Shown here piece by piece: positions 18,472 to 27,784 of a DNA stretch of 59,532 bases. The stretch is from Pyrinomonadaceae bacterium (GTDB taxonomy: Bacteria > Acidobacteriota > Blastocatellia > Pyrinomonadales > Pyrinomonadaceae). How positions within the stretch are numbered: the first letter of the stretch is position 1; every line of letters begins with the position of its first letter. A program made the translations under genes and the position numbers. The notes beneath the pieces were generated by a model. The model saw only the letters and a program-made list of their open reading frames with translations. It made no database searches and was not told the DNA's origin. The stretch spans positions 1 through 59,532 of the forward strand of contig DASTQX010000475.1 of the NCBI GenBank assembly GCA_035761505.1, in the 5' to 3' direction.

Positions 18472-20223
18472 ATGAAGAGATTCTCTTTTTGCGTCCTGAC
18501 GGTTCTTTTGTGCGCGCACATCGTAGCGGCGCAGAAAGTCCCGGTGCAGGAAGTAATGTTGGATAACGGCATGCGCCTTCTGCTGGTGCAGCGCAGGGGC
18601 GACCCGAACGTCGCCGTCGGCTGGGTGGCGCGCGTCGGCTCGGTCAACGAGCGGCCCGGCATCACCGGACTGTCGCACCTCTTCGAGCACATGATGTTCA
18701 AGGGGACGCACGTCATCGGGACGAAAGACCACGCGGCCCACTCGAAAGTTTTGGCCGAGATGGACAAGGTGCGGGCCGAACTCCGCCGCGAGGAGCTGGC
18801 GCTCATCCAGAAGGCGCGGCTCGGCGAAATCTCCGACGCCAAAGACCCGAAGAACCGCTCGGCCAAACATCAACAACTCCGCGCGCGCTTCGAGGAACTG
18901 ACGAAGCAGGAGAAGGAGTTGATGATTAAGGACGAGTACGACCGCATCTACACGACGGCGGGCGGCTCCGGCATGAACGCCGGGACGAGCAACGACTTCA
19001 CCATCTATTTCATCAACGTTCCGGCCAACAAGCTCGAACTCTGGTTCTGGATGGAGAGTGACCGCCTCGCCAACCCCGTCTTCCGCGAGTTCTACTCCGA
19101 GCGCGACGTGGTGCACGAAGAGCGCCGCCTCCGTACCGACTCGACGCCGACGGGCAAGTTCAACGAACTCTACGAAGCGATGTTCTGGCAATCCTCGCCC
19201 TACGGCTGGCCCGTCGTCGGCTGGCCCTCCGACCTCGAAGGCATCACGCGCGAGGAGGCCGAGGAGTACTTCGCCGTCAATTACGCGCCGAACAATCTGA
19301 CGGCCTGCCTCGTCGGCGACTTCGAGCCCGCCCGCGCCGTCGAGCTGGCGAAGCGCTACTTCGGTCGCCTCAAGCGCGGCCCGCGCGAGCCGGAGCCGGT
19401 GCGCACCTCGGAGATGCCGCAGCTCGCCGAGAAGCGGATGGTCGCCTACGCCGACACCAACCCGCAGGTCAGGGTTCGCTATCACACGGTCGCCGACGGC
19501 CACCCGGACGACTTCGCGCTCAACATCATGGCCGACCTCCTCAACGGTCGCACGGGCCGCCTCAACAAGTCGCTCGTGCTCCAACAGGCGGTCGCCAATA
19601 GCGCCTTTGCCGGTCAGGACGGGCGCAAGTACGAAGGGCTCTTCGAGCTTTCGGGCGTTGCCAAGCCGGGCAAGACGCCGGAAGAGGTCGAGCAGGCTTT
19701 GTACCGAGAGATCGAGCGCTTGCAGAAGGAGCCGGTCGGCGCGGAAGAGTTGCAGAAGGTCAAGAACCAGAACGCCGCCGGAGACTTCCGCCGCTTGCAG
19801 AACAACTTCTCCCTGATGACGCAACTGCTCCTGCGCGACAACGGGCGCGGCTGGGAGACCATCAACACCGACCCGGCGCGCGTCCAAGCCGTGACCGCCG
19901 AGGACATCCGCCGCGTCGCCAACACCTACTTCAAGCCTGAGAACCGCACGGTCGGCATCTACTACACGAAGAAGGCCGGCGCCGCCGAAGCCGCCGAAGC
20001 CGCCAACGACCCGCTCTTGGCGGGCCTCGACGATCAGGAGAAGGCGCAGATTCAGAGGATGCGCGGGATGCTCGGACAGGCGAAGGTCGAGCAGGTGCGC
20101 GCCATCCTCGGACAGATCGAACAGCAGGGCGCGTCGGCCCCCGCCGACAAGCAGGACTTGATGAAGGCGATGAAGAAGTTGCTCGAAGACCGTCTCAAGC
20201 AGCTCGAAGGAGGGACGAAATGA
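18472..20223 (+). CDS. M16 (pitrilysin/insulinase) family zinc peptidase, catalytic subunit
   Basis: Internal ATG 18472 gives signal peptide MKRFSFCVLTVLLCAHIVAAQ. The inverted zinc motif HLFEHMMFKGT (HxxEH) is present. Confidence 0.9.
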   Translation: MKRFSFCVLTVLLCAHIVAAQKVPVQEVMLDNGMRLLLVQRRGDPNVAVGWVARVGSVNERPGITGLSHLFEHMMFKGTHVIGTKDHAAHSKVLAEMDKVRAELRREELALIQKARLGEISDAKDPKNRSAKHQQLRARFEELTKQEKELMIKDEYDRIYTTAGGSGMNAGTSNDFTIYFINVPANKLELWFWMESDRLANPVFREFYSERDVVHEERRLRTDSTPTGKFNELYEAMFWQSSPYGWPVVGWPSDLEGITREEAEEYFAVNYAPNNLTACLVGDFEPARAVELAKRYFGRLKRGPREPEPVRTSEMPQLAEKRMVAYADTNPQVRVRYHTVADGHPDDFALNIMADLLNGRTGRLNKSLVLQQAVANSAFAGQDGRKYEGLFELSGVAKPGKTPEEVEQALYREIERLQKEPVGAEELQKVKNQNAAGDFRRLQNNFSLMTQLLLRDNGRGWETINTDPARVQAVTAEDIRRVANTYFKPENRTVGIYYTKKAGAAEAAEAANDPLLAGLDDQEKAQIQRMRGMLGQAKVEQVRAILGQIEQQGASAPADKQDLMKAMKKLLEDRLKQLEGGTK

Positions 20224-21731
20224 GGAGAATGAGAAACGCAAAGATAACGTCGGCCTTCATGGCCTTCGTGCTGCTCGCGCTCGCGCCCGCCGGGCTTCTG
20301 GCGCAGCAAATCCCCTCGCACCCGCGCGAGCTGAAATATACGCAGCTCGACTACACGCCGCCGAAGCGCGAGAAGTTCCGGCACGTCCTCTCAAACGGCG
20401 CGGTCGCCTATCTGGTCGAAGACCACGACCTGCCGCTCGTCAACGTCACGACGCTCGTCCGCACGGGCGGCTACCTTGAGCCCGAAGGCAAGCGCGGCCT
20501 CGCCTCGCTGACGGGGTCGCAGATTCGCGCGGGCGGCACGACCTCGAAGACCGCCGAGCAGTTCGACGAGGCCGCCGACTTCCTCGCCGCCAACCTTTCG
20601 AGCGGCATCGGCGACACGCAAGGCACGGCCAACCTCAACTGCCTGACCAAAGACGTGGACGCGGGGCTCGCGCTCTACTTCGACATGCTCCGGAACCCCG
20701 GCTTTCAGGCCGACCGGCTTGCCTTAGCCAAGAGCCAAATCCTGCAAGCGATGGAGCGGCGCAACGACAGCACCACCGCCATCGAGGCGCGCGAGTGGTC
20801 GCGCCTGATGCGCGGCGATAAGCACTTCTCGACGCGCGACACGACGAAGCCTTCCATCGAAGCCATCACGCGCGAAGACCTCTTGGCCTTCCACAAGCAG
20901 TACTACCAACCGGCGGGCTTCATCTTCGCCGTCTCCGGCGACTTCAAGACGAACGAGATGCTTCAGAAGCTCGAAGCCTCGATGCAGGGCTGGCCCTCGA
21001 CCAAGGCGACCGTCCCGCCCGTGCCGAAGCCGGAGTTCACGCCCGTGGCGGGCGTCTATGCCGTCCACAAGGCGGACGTGAATCAGGGCCGCGTCCGCAT
21101 CGGCCATACGGGCGTGACGCGCGACAACCCGGACGCCTACGCCATCTCGCTCATGAACGACATCCTCGGCGGCGGCGGCTTCACCTCGCGCATCACCTCG
21201 CGCGTCCGCTCCGACGAGGGGCTGGCCTACAGCGCGGGCTCGATCTTCGGTCAGGGCGTTTACTACCCGACCGACTTCCGCGCCGCCTTCCAGTCCAAGA
21301 GCATGTCCACGCCGCAGGCGATTGACATCGTGATGGAAGAGATCAACCGCATGCGCACGACGAAGGTCTCGGCTGAGGAGTTGGAGACGGCGAAGAACTC
21401 GGCCATCGAGACGTTCCCGCTCGCCTTCGCCAGCGCCGCGCAGATCGCGGGCACGTTTGCGCAGGACGAGTACACGAACCGCCCGGCGGACTACTGGGAG
21501 AAGTACCGCGACCGCATCCGCGCCGTCACCGCCGACGACGTGCAGCGCGTCGCGCAGAAGTACCTCCAACCCGAACAGCTCGTCATCCTCGTCGTCGGCA
21601 ACATTGACGACATCACCAAAGGCAATCCCGACAAGCCGCAGCACTCGCTCGCCAAGCTCGTCAAAAACGGCACGATTCGGCGCATCCCCCTGCCCGACCC
21701 CCTGACGCTCGTCTATCCGACCGCGCAGTAG
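20220..21731 (+). CDS. M16 family peptidase, non-catalytic (HxxEH-less) subunit
   Basis: 503 aa. ATGA overlap with the upstream M16 gene. Signal peptide. M16 fold pattern without HxxEH. Confidence 0.85.
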   Translation: MRRMRNAKITSAFMAFVLLALAPAGLLAQQIPSHPRELKYTQLDYTPPKREKFRHVLSNGAVAYLVEDHDLPLVNVTTLVRTGGYLEPEGKRGLASLTGSQIRAGGTTSKTAEQFDEAADFLAANLSSGIGDTQGTANLNCLTKDVDAGLALYFDMLRNPGFQADRLALAKSQILQAMERRNDSTTAIEAREWSRLMRGDKHFSTRDTTKPSIEAITREDLLAFHKQYYQPAGFIFAVSGDFKTNEMLQKLEASMQGWPSTKATVPPVPKPEFTPVAGVYAVHKADVNQGRVRIGHTGVTRDNPDAYAISLMNDILGGGGFTSRITSRVRSDEGLAYSAGSIFGQGVYYPTDFRAAFQSKSMSTPQAIDIVMEEINRMRTTKVSAEELETAKNSAIETFPLAFASAAQIAGTFAQDEYTNRPADYWEKYRDRIRAVTADDVQRVAQKYLQPEQLVILVVGNIDDITKGNPDKPQHSLAKLVKNGTIRRIPLPDPLTLVYPTAQ

Positions 21732-21761
21732 TTTTTTACCTCGCGGTTTCGGACACACCAG

Positions 21762-21803
21762 AGCCCCGGAAGTTTTTCGACGAACTTCCGGGGCTTCTTC
21801 TTT
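21762..21803 (+). terminator. rho-independent terminator
   Basis: AGCCCCGGAAGTT-tttcgacg-AACTTCCGGGGCT followed by TCTTCTTT. It starts 31 nt after the stop at 21731. Confidence 0.7.
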
Positions 21804-21826
21804 CCCCGCGCCGTTCGCGCGCGAGC

Positions 21827-22960
21827 GTGAACCGCTATAAAATGGCGCGGGAAGTGACCGCCTCAGAAGACGGAGCGCAGTTGATTGTGGAGCAGACGCC
21901 TGCCGACCCGACAGACATCCTCGGACTGACCGCCGACGAGTTGGCGTCGGAGGCGCGGCGCGTCCTGCCCGGCGGCGCGTGGGTCGCGCACGACCTCTAC
22001 GCGCGAGTGTTTCTGACGGGCCGCTTCGAGCCGGAAACCTTTCCTCTGTCTCCAGCCTTCGCGGGCGCGTGGCGCGAGCGATTTCAAGTCTCGCCTTTAG
22101 TCTTAAAGAAGATTTCCGAAGAAGAGACGGGCGCGGGCGTGACGGCGAAGGCGGTCTTTGCGACGCGCGACGGTTACGAGATCGAGGCGGTGCGTATCCC
22201 GATGGGCGCGGGCGGACAGACGTTGTGCGTTTCGAGTCAGGTGGGCTGCAAGATGGGCTGCACGTTCTGCGAGACGGGGCGCATGGGTTTGCTCCGGCAA
22301 CTGACCGCCGGGGAGATCGTCGCGCAGGTCTTCGCGGCGCGCTTCGCGCTCGACTGGACGCCGAAGAACGTCGTCTTCATGGGCATGGGCGAGGCGCTCG
22401 ACAACGCCGACAACCTCATCCAAGCGCTCCGAGTCCTCACCGACCGGCGCGGCTTTCACTACGGCCACGACCGCCTGACGGTCTGCACCGCCGGGCACGC
22501 CGAAGGCTTGAGGAAGTTGGCCGCGCTCGGATGGAAGCGCCTGAACTTGTCCGTCAGCCTCAACGCGCCGGACGACGCGAGCCGCAGCCGCCTCATGCCC
22601 GTCAACCGCAAGACGCCGCTCGCGGAATTGCAGCGCGTCCTCTCGGAGTACCCGCGCCGGCGCAACTTCGTCCTCGGCGTCAACTACTGCCTCCTGCCCG
22701 GCCTCAACGACTCGCGCTCGGACGCGCGCGGCGTCGCCGACTTCTGCCGCCCGCTCGGTCGAGTGCTTCTCAACCTCATCCCCTACAACCCCGGCCACGC
22801 CCCGCTCACGCGCGCGCCCAAAGAGGAAGAGGTCGAGCGCTTCATGGACTGGCTCCGGGAAGAAGGGCTCGCCGTCCGCCGCCGCGTCACGAAGGGCCGC
22901 GCCATCATGGCCGCCTGCGGCCAACTCGGCAACGCCGAACTGCGCCGCGCGCGTCACTAA
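21827..22960 (+). CDS. radical SAM RlmN/Cfr-family methyl synthase, divergent paralog
   Basis: 377 aa. CVSSQVGCKMGCTFCETG is the CxxxCxxC cluster plus the upstream Cys. C-terminal AACGQL Cys is present. The N-terminal region only loosely resembles the RlmN accessory domain. Start is GTG 21827 or ATG 21842. Confidence 0.8.
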   Translation: MNRYKMAREVTASEDGAQLIVEQTPADPTDILGLTADELASEARRVLPGGAWVAHDLYARVFLTGRFEPETFPLSPAFAGAWRERFQVSPLVLKKISEEETGAGVTAKAVFATRDGYEIEAVRIPMGAGGQTLCVSSQVGCKMGCTFCETGRMGLLRQLTAGEIVAQVFAARFALDWTPKNVVFMGMGEALDNADNLIQALRVLTDRRGFHYGHDRLTVCTAGHAEGLRKLAALGWKRLNLSVSLNAPDDASRSRLMPVNRKTPLAELQRVLSEYPRRRNFVLGVNYCLLPGLNDSRSDARGVADFCRPLGRVLLNLIPYNPGHAPLTRAPKEEEVERFMDWLREEGLAVRRRVTKGRAIMAACGQLGNAELRRARH

Positions 22961-22970
22961 GAAGACATAA

Positions 22971-23039
22971 GTCAAAAAGGTCGAAGGCAAAAGTAAGGAG
23001 GGTTTGAACCTCTGCGCTTTTGCCTTTGACCTTTTTAAC
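22971..23039. terminator. 23-bp inverted repeat (21/23 complementary) between convergent genes
   Basis: GTCAAAAAGGTCGAAGGCAAAAG (22971-22993) pairs with CTTTTGCCTTTGACCTTTTTAAC (23017-23039). It lies between stops at 22960 and 23068. Confidence 0.55.
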
Positions 23040-23067
23040 TCTTGCCTTCTCGCGCCCCTTCGGGGCT

Positions 23068-26000
23068 TTAGTGAATCGCCGTCGAAACGTGCGCGCCGCC
23101 GAAGTAGTCGGGTTCGCTTCTGAAGGGTGAAGGCGGCCCGAACTCTTCCCAACGGTGCGCGAAACCGGCGGCCTTGAGTTCGTCCTGAAGCCTCTGGTCT
23201 GCGGAGACCGTCAGCGGGCGTTCGGGGCGGAGGCGGACTTTGAAGCCGTCGGCGTTTAAGGCGAGGTCGAAGAAGACGGCACAGTCTCCGGGGTGGCCTT
23301 GCAGCGTGCGGGTCAGAGTCTCGCACGCGCGGGGCACGTCGCCTTCGGGGGGGAGTTCGATGACGAGGGCTCGCGTGACCGGCCTCACGCCCTGCGGCGC
23401 AGACCCGGCGTAATGACGCATCGGGATTCTCGCCTTCTCAAGCAGAGTCACTTCGTCGCAGACCACAGTTAAGGAACTGTCGCCGCTCCCGTCCAGCCGA
23501 CCGACGACGAGGAGCAGCGCGTCGTTGGCGGCGTCCTTGCCCTTCGTCTTGAGCGCTTCGGGCCAGAGCACGCACTTGACGCCCGCGCCCGTCAAATCTT
23601 CCAGACGGAAGAAGGCGTAGCGGTCGCCCTTCTTCGTGTTGCGCGCCGTGAAGTCCGAGACGACGCCCGCCAGACGGACGCGCGAATCGGGCTCGGTGGA
23701 AGAGAGGTCTAAGACCGAGCGGCAGTTGAGTTGTTCGATCTTCTCCGCGAAGTCTTCGAGCGGGTGTCCTGAAACGTAGAAGCCGACCGCCGCCTTCTCG
23801 TGGTCGAGCAGTTCCTTGTGCGTCCACGCCGTCGCCTGCGCGAGCGGGTGCCGAACCTCTTCCATCTCTCCCCCGGCGACCGCGCCGAACATGTCCGCCT
23901 GCCCGCTCGTCCGCGCGCGACGCTGCCGCGTCCCACGGTCGAGCGCCTTATCCACGGTCGCCAGAAGGCACGCGCGCCAGGTGTGCAGAGACTCGCCCTC
24001 CGGCTTCAGAGAGTCGAACGCGCCCGCGCACACCAAGCTCTCCAGAACGCGCTTGCCCGCGCCCTTCTCGCCGACGCGCTCGGCGAAGTCGTAGAGCGAG
24101 GTGAAGGGCCGCTCCGCGCGCGCCTCGATGACCGCGCCGACTGCCGACTGGCCGATGCCCTTGATGGCCGAGAGCCCGTAGCGAATCGCGCCCTCGACCG
24201 GCGTGAAGCCCGGCCCCGACTCGTTCACGTCCGGCGGCAGCATCCTGATTTTCTGCGACCGCAACTCCGACGCGTACTTCAGAATCTTGGCCGAGTCGTC
24301 GGCCATGTACGTCATCACCGCCGCGTAAAAGTGCTCCGGGTAGTTCGCCTTCAGATAGGCCGTCTGGTAGGCGACGTGCGCGTAGGCGACCGAGTGCGAG
24401 CGGTTGAAGCCGTAGTCGGCGAACTGCGCCATGAGGCGGAAAATCTCGCGCGCCTTCTTCTTCGGGATTTTGTTCTTGACGCAGCCCGCGATGAACTTCT
24501 CTTCGTGGACGGCCATCTCCTCGCGCTTCTTCTTGCCCATCGCGCGGCGCATGAGGTCGGCCTCGCCCAAAGAGTAGCCGCCCAAGCGTTGCGCGAGCTG
24601 CATGATCTGTTCCTGATAGACCAGAATCCCGTAGGTGTTCGAGAGTATCTCCTCCATCTCCTCCGTGATGTACTCGACCGGCTTCTTCCCGTGGTAGCGG
24701 TCAATGAAGTCGTCCACCATCCCGCCGTCGAGCGGCCCCGGTCGGTACAGGGCGTTCAGCGCCGACAGGTCTTCGATGGACTTCGGCTTGAGCTTCCGGC
24801 AAATCTCCTGCATCCCGGAACTCTCAAACTGGAAGATGGCTTCCGTGTGGCCTTGCGCGAAGAGTTCGTAGGTCTTGGGGTCGTCGAGGGTGATTTCGCG
24901 CCAGTTGATTTCGCGGCCCGTTAGCTCGCGGATGGTCTTGCAGCACTGGTTGATGATGGAGAGGGTCGTCAGGCCGAGGAAGTCCATCTTGAGCATGCCC
25001 GTTTTTTCGAGGTCGGACATCTCGAACTGCGTGGTCAGTTCCTGCTTCTGGCTGACGGCGACGGGGACGAGTTCTTCCAACGGCTGCGGCGAGATGACGA
25101 CGCCCGCCGCGTGCACCGAAGAGTGGCGCGCGCAGCCTTCGAGACGGCGCGCGATTTCGATGACCTTCTTGGTCTGCGCGTCACGCTCGATGGCCTGCTT
25201 GAGTTCGGGCACCATCTCAAGCGCCTGCGTGATGGAGACGTTGCGGCCACGGATGGGCGGCGGGATGAGCTTGGCAATCTTCTCCACGTCGGCGTAGGGC
25301 ATATCGAGCGCGCGGCCCACGTCCTTAATCGCCGCCTTCGAGGCCATCGTCCCGAAGGTGATGATCTGGCAGACCGAATCTCTCCCGTAGAGCTGCGAGA
25401 CGTGGTTGATGACCTCGCCGCGCCCGTGGACGCAGAAGTCAATATCAATATCCGGCATCGAGACGCGGTCGGGGTTGAGGAAGCGCTCGAAGAGGAGGTC
25501 GTACTGGATGGGGTCAACGTCGGTGATTTCCAGACAGTAGGCGACCAAACTCCCGGCGGCGCTCCCGCGACCGGGGCCGACGGGGATGCCACGGTCTTTG
25601 GCGAACTTGATGAAGTCCCAGACGATGAGGAAGTAGCTGGGGAAGCCCATCCGCTTAATCATCTCGATCTCGCGGGTGACGCGCGCCTGATACTCGTCGT
25701 AGCCGTGCTTGAGCGAGCCCGCAGCGCGCATCGGCTCCCAGACGGTTTCGCGTCGGCGCTCGTAACCCTGCCGGACTACCTTGTCGAAGTACTCGTCAAT
25801 CGTGAGGTCGCTCTCTTCGGCGGGGATGGGATAGACGGGGAGGCGGTTCTCGCCCAGAGGGAGTTTGAGGTCGCACATCTCGGCGACTTCGAGCGTGCGC
25901 GAGACGGCGTCGGGCGCGTAGGAAAAAATCTGCGCCATCTCTTCGGGCGAGCGGACGTACCACTGCGGGCCGCCGAAGCTCATGCGGTCGGTGTCGTTGA

Positions 26001-26700
26001 CGGTCTTGCCCGTCCCGATGCAGAGCATTACGTCGTGCGCCTCGAAGTCTTCGCGGAAGAGGTAGTGCGCGTCGTTGGTGGCGACGAGCGGGATGCCCGT
26101 CTTCTTCGAGAGCGCGAGCAGGTCTTTGTTTATCTTCTGCTGGTCGGCCAGCTCGTGGTCTTGGATTTCGAGGAAGTAATTCCCCTTGCCGAGAATGTCC
26201 TGAAACTCGTGCGCGGCCTGCTCGGCTTCGTCCAGCTTGCCGTTCTTCAAGTGCTGCTGCGGCACGCCGGACAGGCAGGCCGAGAGCCCGACGAGGCCAC
26301 CGCCGAACTGCGCGAGGAGTTCGCGGTCAATGCGCGGCTTGCGGTAGAACCCCTCCTTGAAAGCCTTCGACGTGAGGCGCACGAGGTTGTGATAACCCTC
26401 GCGGTCTTTCGCCAGAAGGATCATGTGGTTGTAAGGCTTCTCGCCTTTGCGCGCGTCCTTCTTGTCGAAGCGGCTCGACGGGGCGAGGTAAACCTCGCAG
26501 CCGATGATCGGCTTTACGTCGTGCTTCTTCATCTCGTTGTAGAAGGAGACCGCGCCGTAGATGTTGCCGTGGTCGGTCATCGCGCAGGCGGGCATGCCCA
26601 GTTCTTGGACGCGCTCGGCGAGCGGCTTGACCTGAATGGCCCCGTCCAGCAGTGAATAGTCCGTATGAAGGTGGAGATGTACGAAGTCTTTGTTCGGCAT
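23068..26700 (-). CDS. dnaE: DNA polymerase III alpha subunit
   Basis: 1210 aa. N-terminal PHP motif FVHLHLHTDYSLLDGA. Full-length DnaE-like architecture including the OB-fold tail. Confidence 0.95.
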   Translation of the reverse strand: MPNKDFVHLHLHTDYSLLDGAIQVKPLAERVQELGMPACAMTDHGNIYGAVSFYNEMKKHDVKPIIGCEVYLAPSSRFDKKDARKGEKPYNHMILLAKDREGYHNLVRLTSKAFKEGFYRKPRIDRELLAQFGGGLVGLSACLSGVPQQHLKNGKLDEAEQAAHEFQDILGKGNYFLEIQDHELADQQKINKDLLALSKKTGIPLVATNDAHYLFREDFEAHDVMLCIGTGKTVNDTDRMSFGGPQWYVRSPEEMAQIFSYAPDAVSRTLEVAEMCDLKLPLGENRLPVYPIPAEESDLTIDEYFDKVVRQGYERRRETVWEPMRAAGSLKHGYDEYQARVTREIEMIKRMGFPSYFLIVWDFIKFAKDRGIPVGPGRGSAAGSLVAYCLEITDVDPIQYDLLFERFLNPDRVSMPDIDIDFCVHGRGEVINHVSQLYGRDSVCQIITFGTMASKAAIKDVGRALDMPYADVEKIAKLIPPPIRGRNVSITQALEMVPELKQAIERDAQTKKVIEIARRLEGCARHSSVHAAGVVISPQPLEELVPVAVSQKQELTTQFEMSDLEKTGMLKMDFLGLTTLSIINQCCKTIRELTGREINWREITLDDPKTYELFAQGHTEAIFQFESSGMQEICRKLKPKSIEDLSALNALYRPGPLDGGMVDDFIDRYHGKKPVEYITEEMEEILSNTYGILVYQEQIMQLAQRLGGYSLGEADLMRRAMGKKKREEMAVHEEKFIAGCVKNKIPKKKAREIFRLMAQFADYGFNRSHSVAYAHVAYQTAYLKANYPEHFYAAVMTYMADDSAKILKYASELRSQKIRMLPPDVNESGPGFTPVEGAIRYGLSAIKGIGQSAVGAVIEARAERPFTSLYDFAERVGEKGAGKRVLESLVCAGAFDSLKPEGESLHTWRACLLATVDKALDRGTRQRRARTSGQADMFGAVAGGEMEEVRHPLAQATAWTHKELLDHEKAAVGFYVSGHPLEDFAEKIEQLNCRSVLDLSSTEPDSRVRLAGVVSDFTARNTKKGDRYAFFRLEDLTGAGVKCVLWPEALKTKGKDAANDALLLVVGRLDGSGDSSLTVVCDEVTLLEKARIPMRHYAGSAPQGVRPVTRALVIELPPEGDVPRACETLTRTLQGHPGDCAVFFDLALNADGFKVRLRPERPLTVSADQRLQDELKAAGFAHRWEEFGPPSPFRSEPDYFGGAHVSTAIH

Positions 26701-26932
26701 AATCGCGGAGGCTTTATGTTTTCGGCGACACGCCCGCAGGTTGGGTTTAGTTGAACCTTAATTTTCGGCTCGCGCCGGGCGTGACAGGGACTTATACCAC
26801 GTTCGGGGCGCGGTTGACATTTCAAGTTGAACGAGCCGGGCAACGGGCGATTGTCCACGCGAGCGACGGGCAGCCGCTCCTTCGGAGCTTGTGGCCGGAC
26901 GACTTCTAAGAAGCCGTTTGGAGAATCAGCCG

Positions 26933-27137
26933 GAGCCCCTGAAAGGGGCGGAAGAATGTAGCCCACGGCGCGAGCCGTGGGGACTGACGCCAGTTAGAAA
27001 CATCAGAGCCCCTGCAAGGGGCGAAAGAAAATCAACGTCGGATTTCTTTCGCTCCTTTCAGGGGCTCTCACATTTTCATCTCGGCTGTTCCCACGGCGCG
27101 CGCCGTGGGCTACATTCTTTCGCCCCCTCCGGGGGCT
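26933..27137. repeat. REP/MITE-like palindromic element, copy 2, interrupted by an insertion that contains a shorter related palindrome (27005-27068)
   Basis: Outer arms GAGCCCCTGAAAGGGGCGGAAGAATGTAGC (from 26933) and GCTACATTCTTTCGCCCCCTCCGGGGGCT (to 27137). The central 20-nt palindrome is present twice (26962-26981 and 27090-27109). The inner element is AGAGCCCCTGCAAGGGGCGAAAGAAAATC-aacgtcg-GATTTCTTTCGCTCCTTTCAGGGGCTCT. Confidence 0.75.
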
Positions 27138-27150
27138 TTGTAAACAGGTT

Positions 27151-27783
27151 CTAAGGCTTCTTCCGCGCGGGCGGGTTGCTTTTCGGCGACTTGTTTGTGC
27201 CGCCGATGCTGACTTCGGGGATGCCGAGGTTGCCTTCGAGCCGCCTGAGCTTTTCGAGATCAACCGTGCCGACGAGGTTGACGAAGACGATCTGCTTGGG
27301 CTCGACGGCCATGAAGACGAGGCCGTCCACGCGGCCCGCCGCGTTGCGCGAGAGATAGACTTCGGCGTTCTCCAACCCCTCTTTGCGGCTCTGGACGCCG
27401 ACGATGCGCGACCAGCCGGGCGCGCGCAACTGCTCGCGGAGGGGCGCGATGTCGCTGTCCGAGTATTCGCCCGCGCCCTTGAACTCAAGCACGCGCACGT
27501 ACACGCCCTTGAGGCCGACGAGCAGTTCCTTGATGTCCTTCTCTTCGGGGTCGTCGCCCTTGAGGAGCGCCCCGCCGAACTCGATCATGCCCGCGTCAAC
27601 CTGCACGTTGACGGTCTCGACCGCTCTCGGCGCGAGACGGTCGAGGCTTTCGAGTTGCACGCGCCCGCCGTCGTTCGTGGCGGCGGTCTGCGCGCGCGGG
27701 GCGAGCGAGCACGCCGCGCCGAGCGAGAGGGCGAAGGCGAATTTAAAGGTCGTGCTGATAAGTGTTCTCATGATTGCTTCCAC
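27151..27783 (-). CDS. secreted DUF4252-like protein (third gene of the ECF sigma module)
   Basis: 210 aa. Signal peptide. Size and position downstream of the sigma/anti-sigma pair fit DUF4252. The assignment is by context and memory. Confidence 0.55.
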   Translation of the reverse strand: MEAIMRTLISTTFKFAFALSLGAACSLAPRAQTAATNDGGRVQLESLDRLAPRAVETVNVQVDAGMIEFGGALLKGDDPEEKDIKELLVGLKGVYVRVLEFKGAGEYSDSDIAPLREQLRAPGWSRIVGVQSRKEGLENAEVYLSRNAAGRVDGLVFMAVEPKQIVFVNLVGTVDLEKLRRLEGNLGIPEVSIGGTNKSPKSNPPARKKP

Positions 27784-27784
27784 C

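Noticed and set aside
26791-26799. Extended -10 promoter (TGGTATAAG on the minus strand) for dnaE.
   Set aside because: There is no acceptable -35 and it is a single weak pattern match in a 230-nt spacer. That is too speculative to list as a feature.
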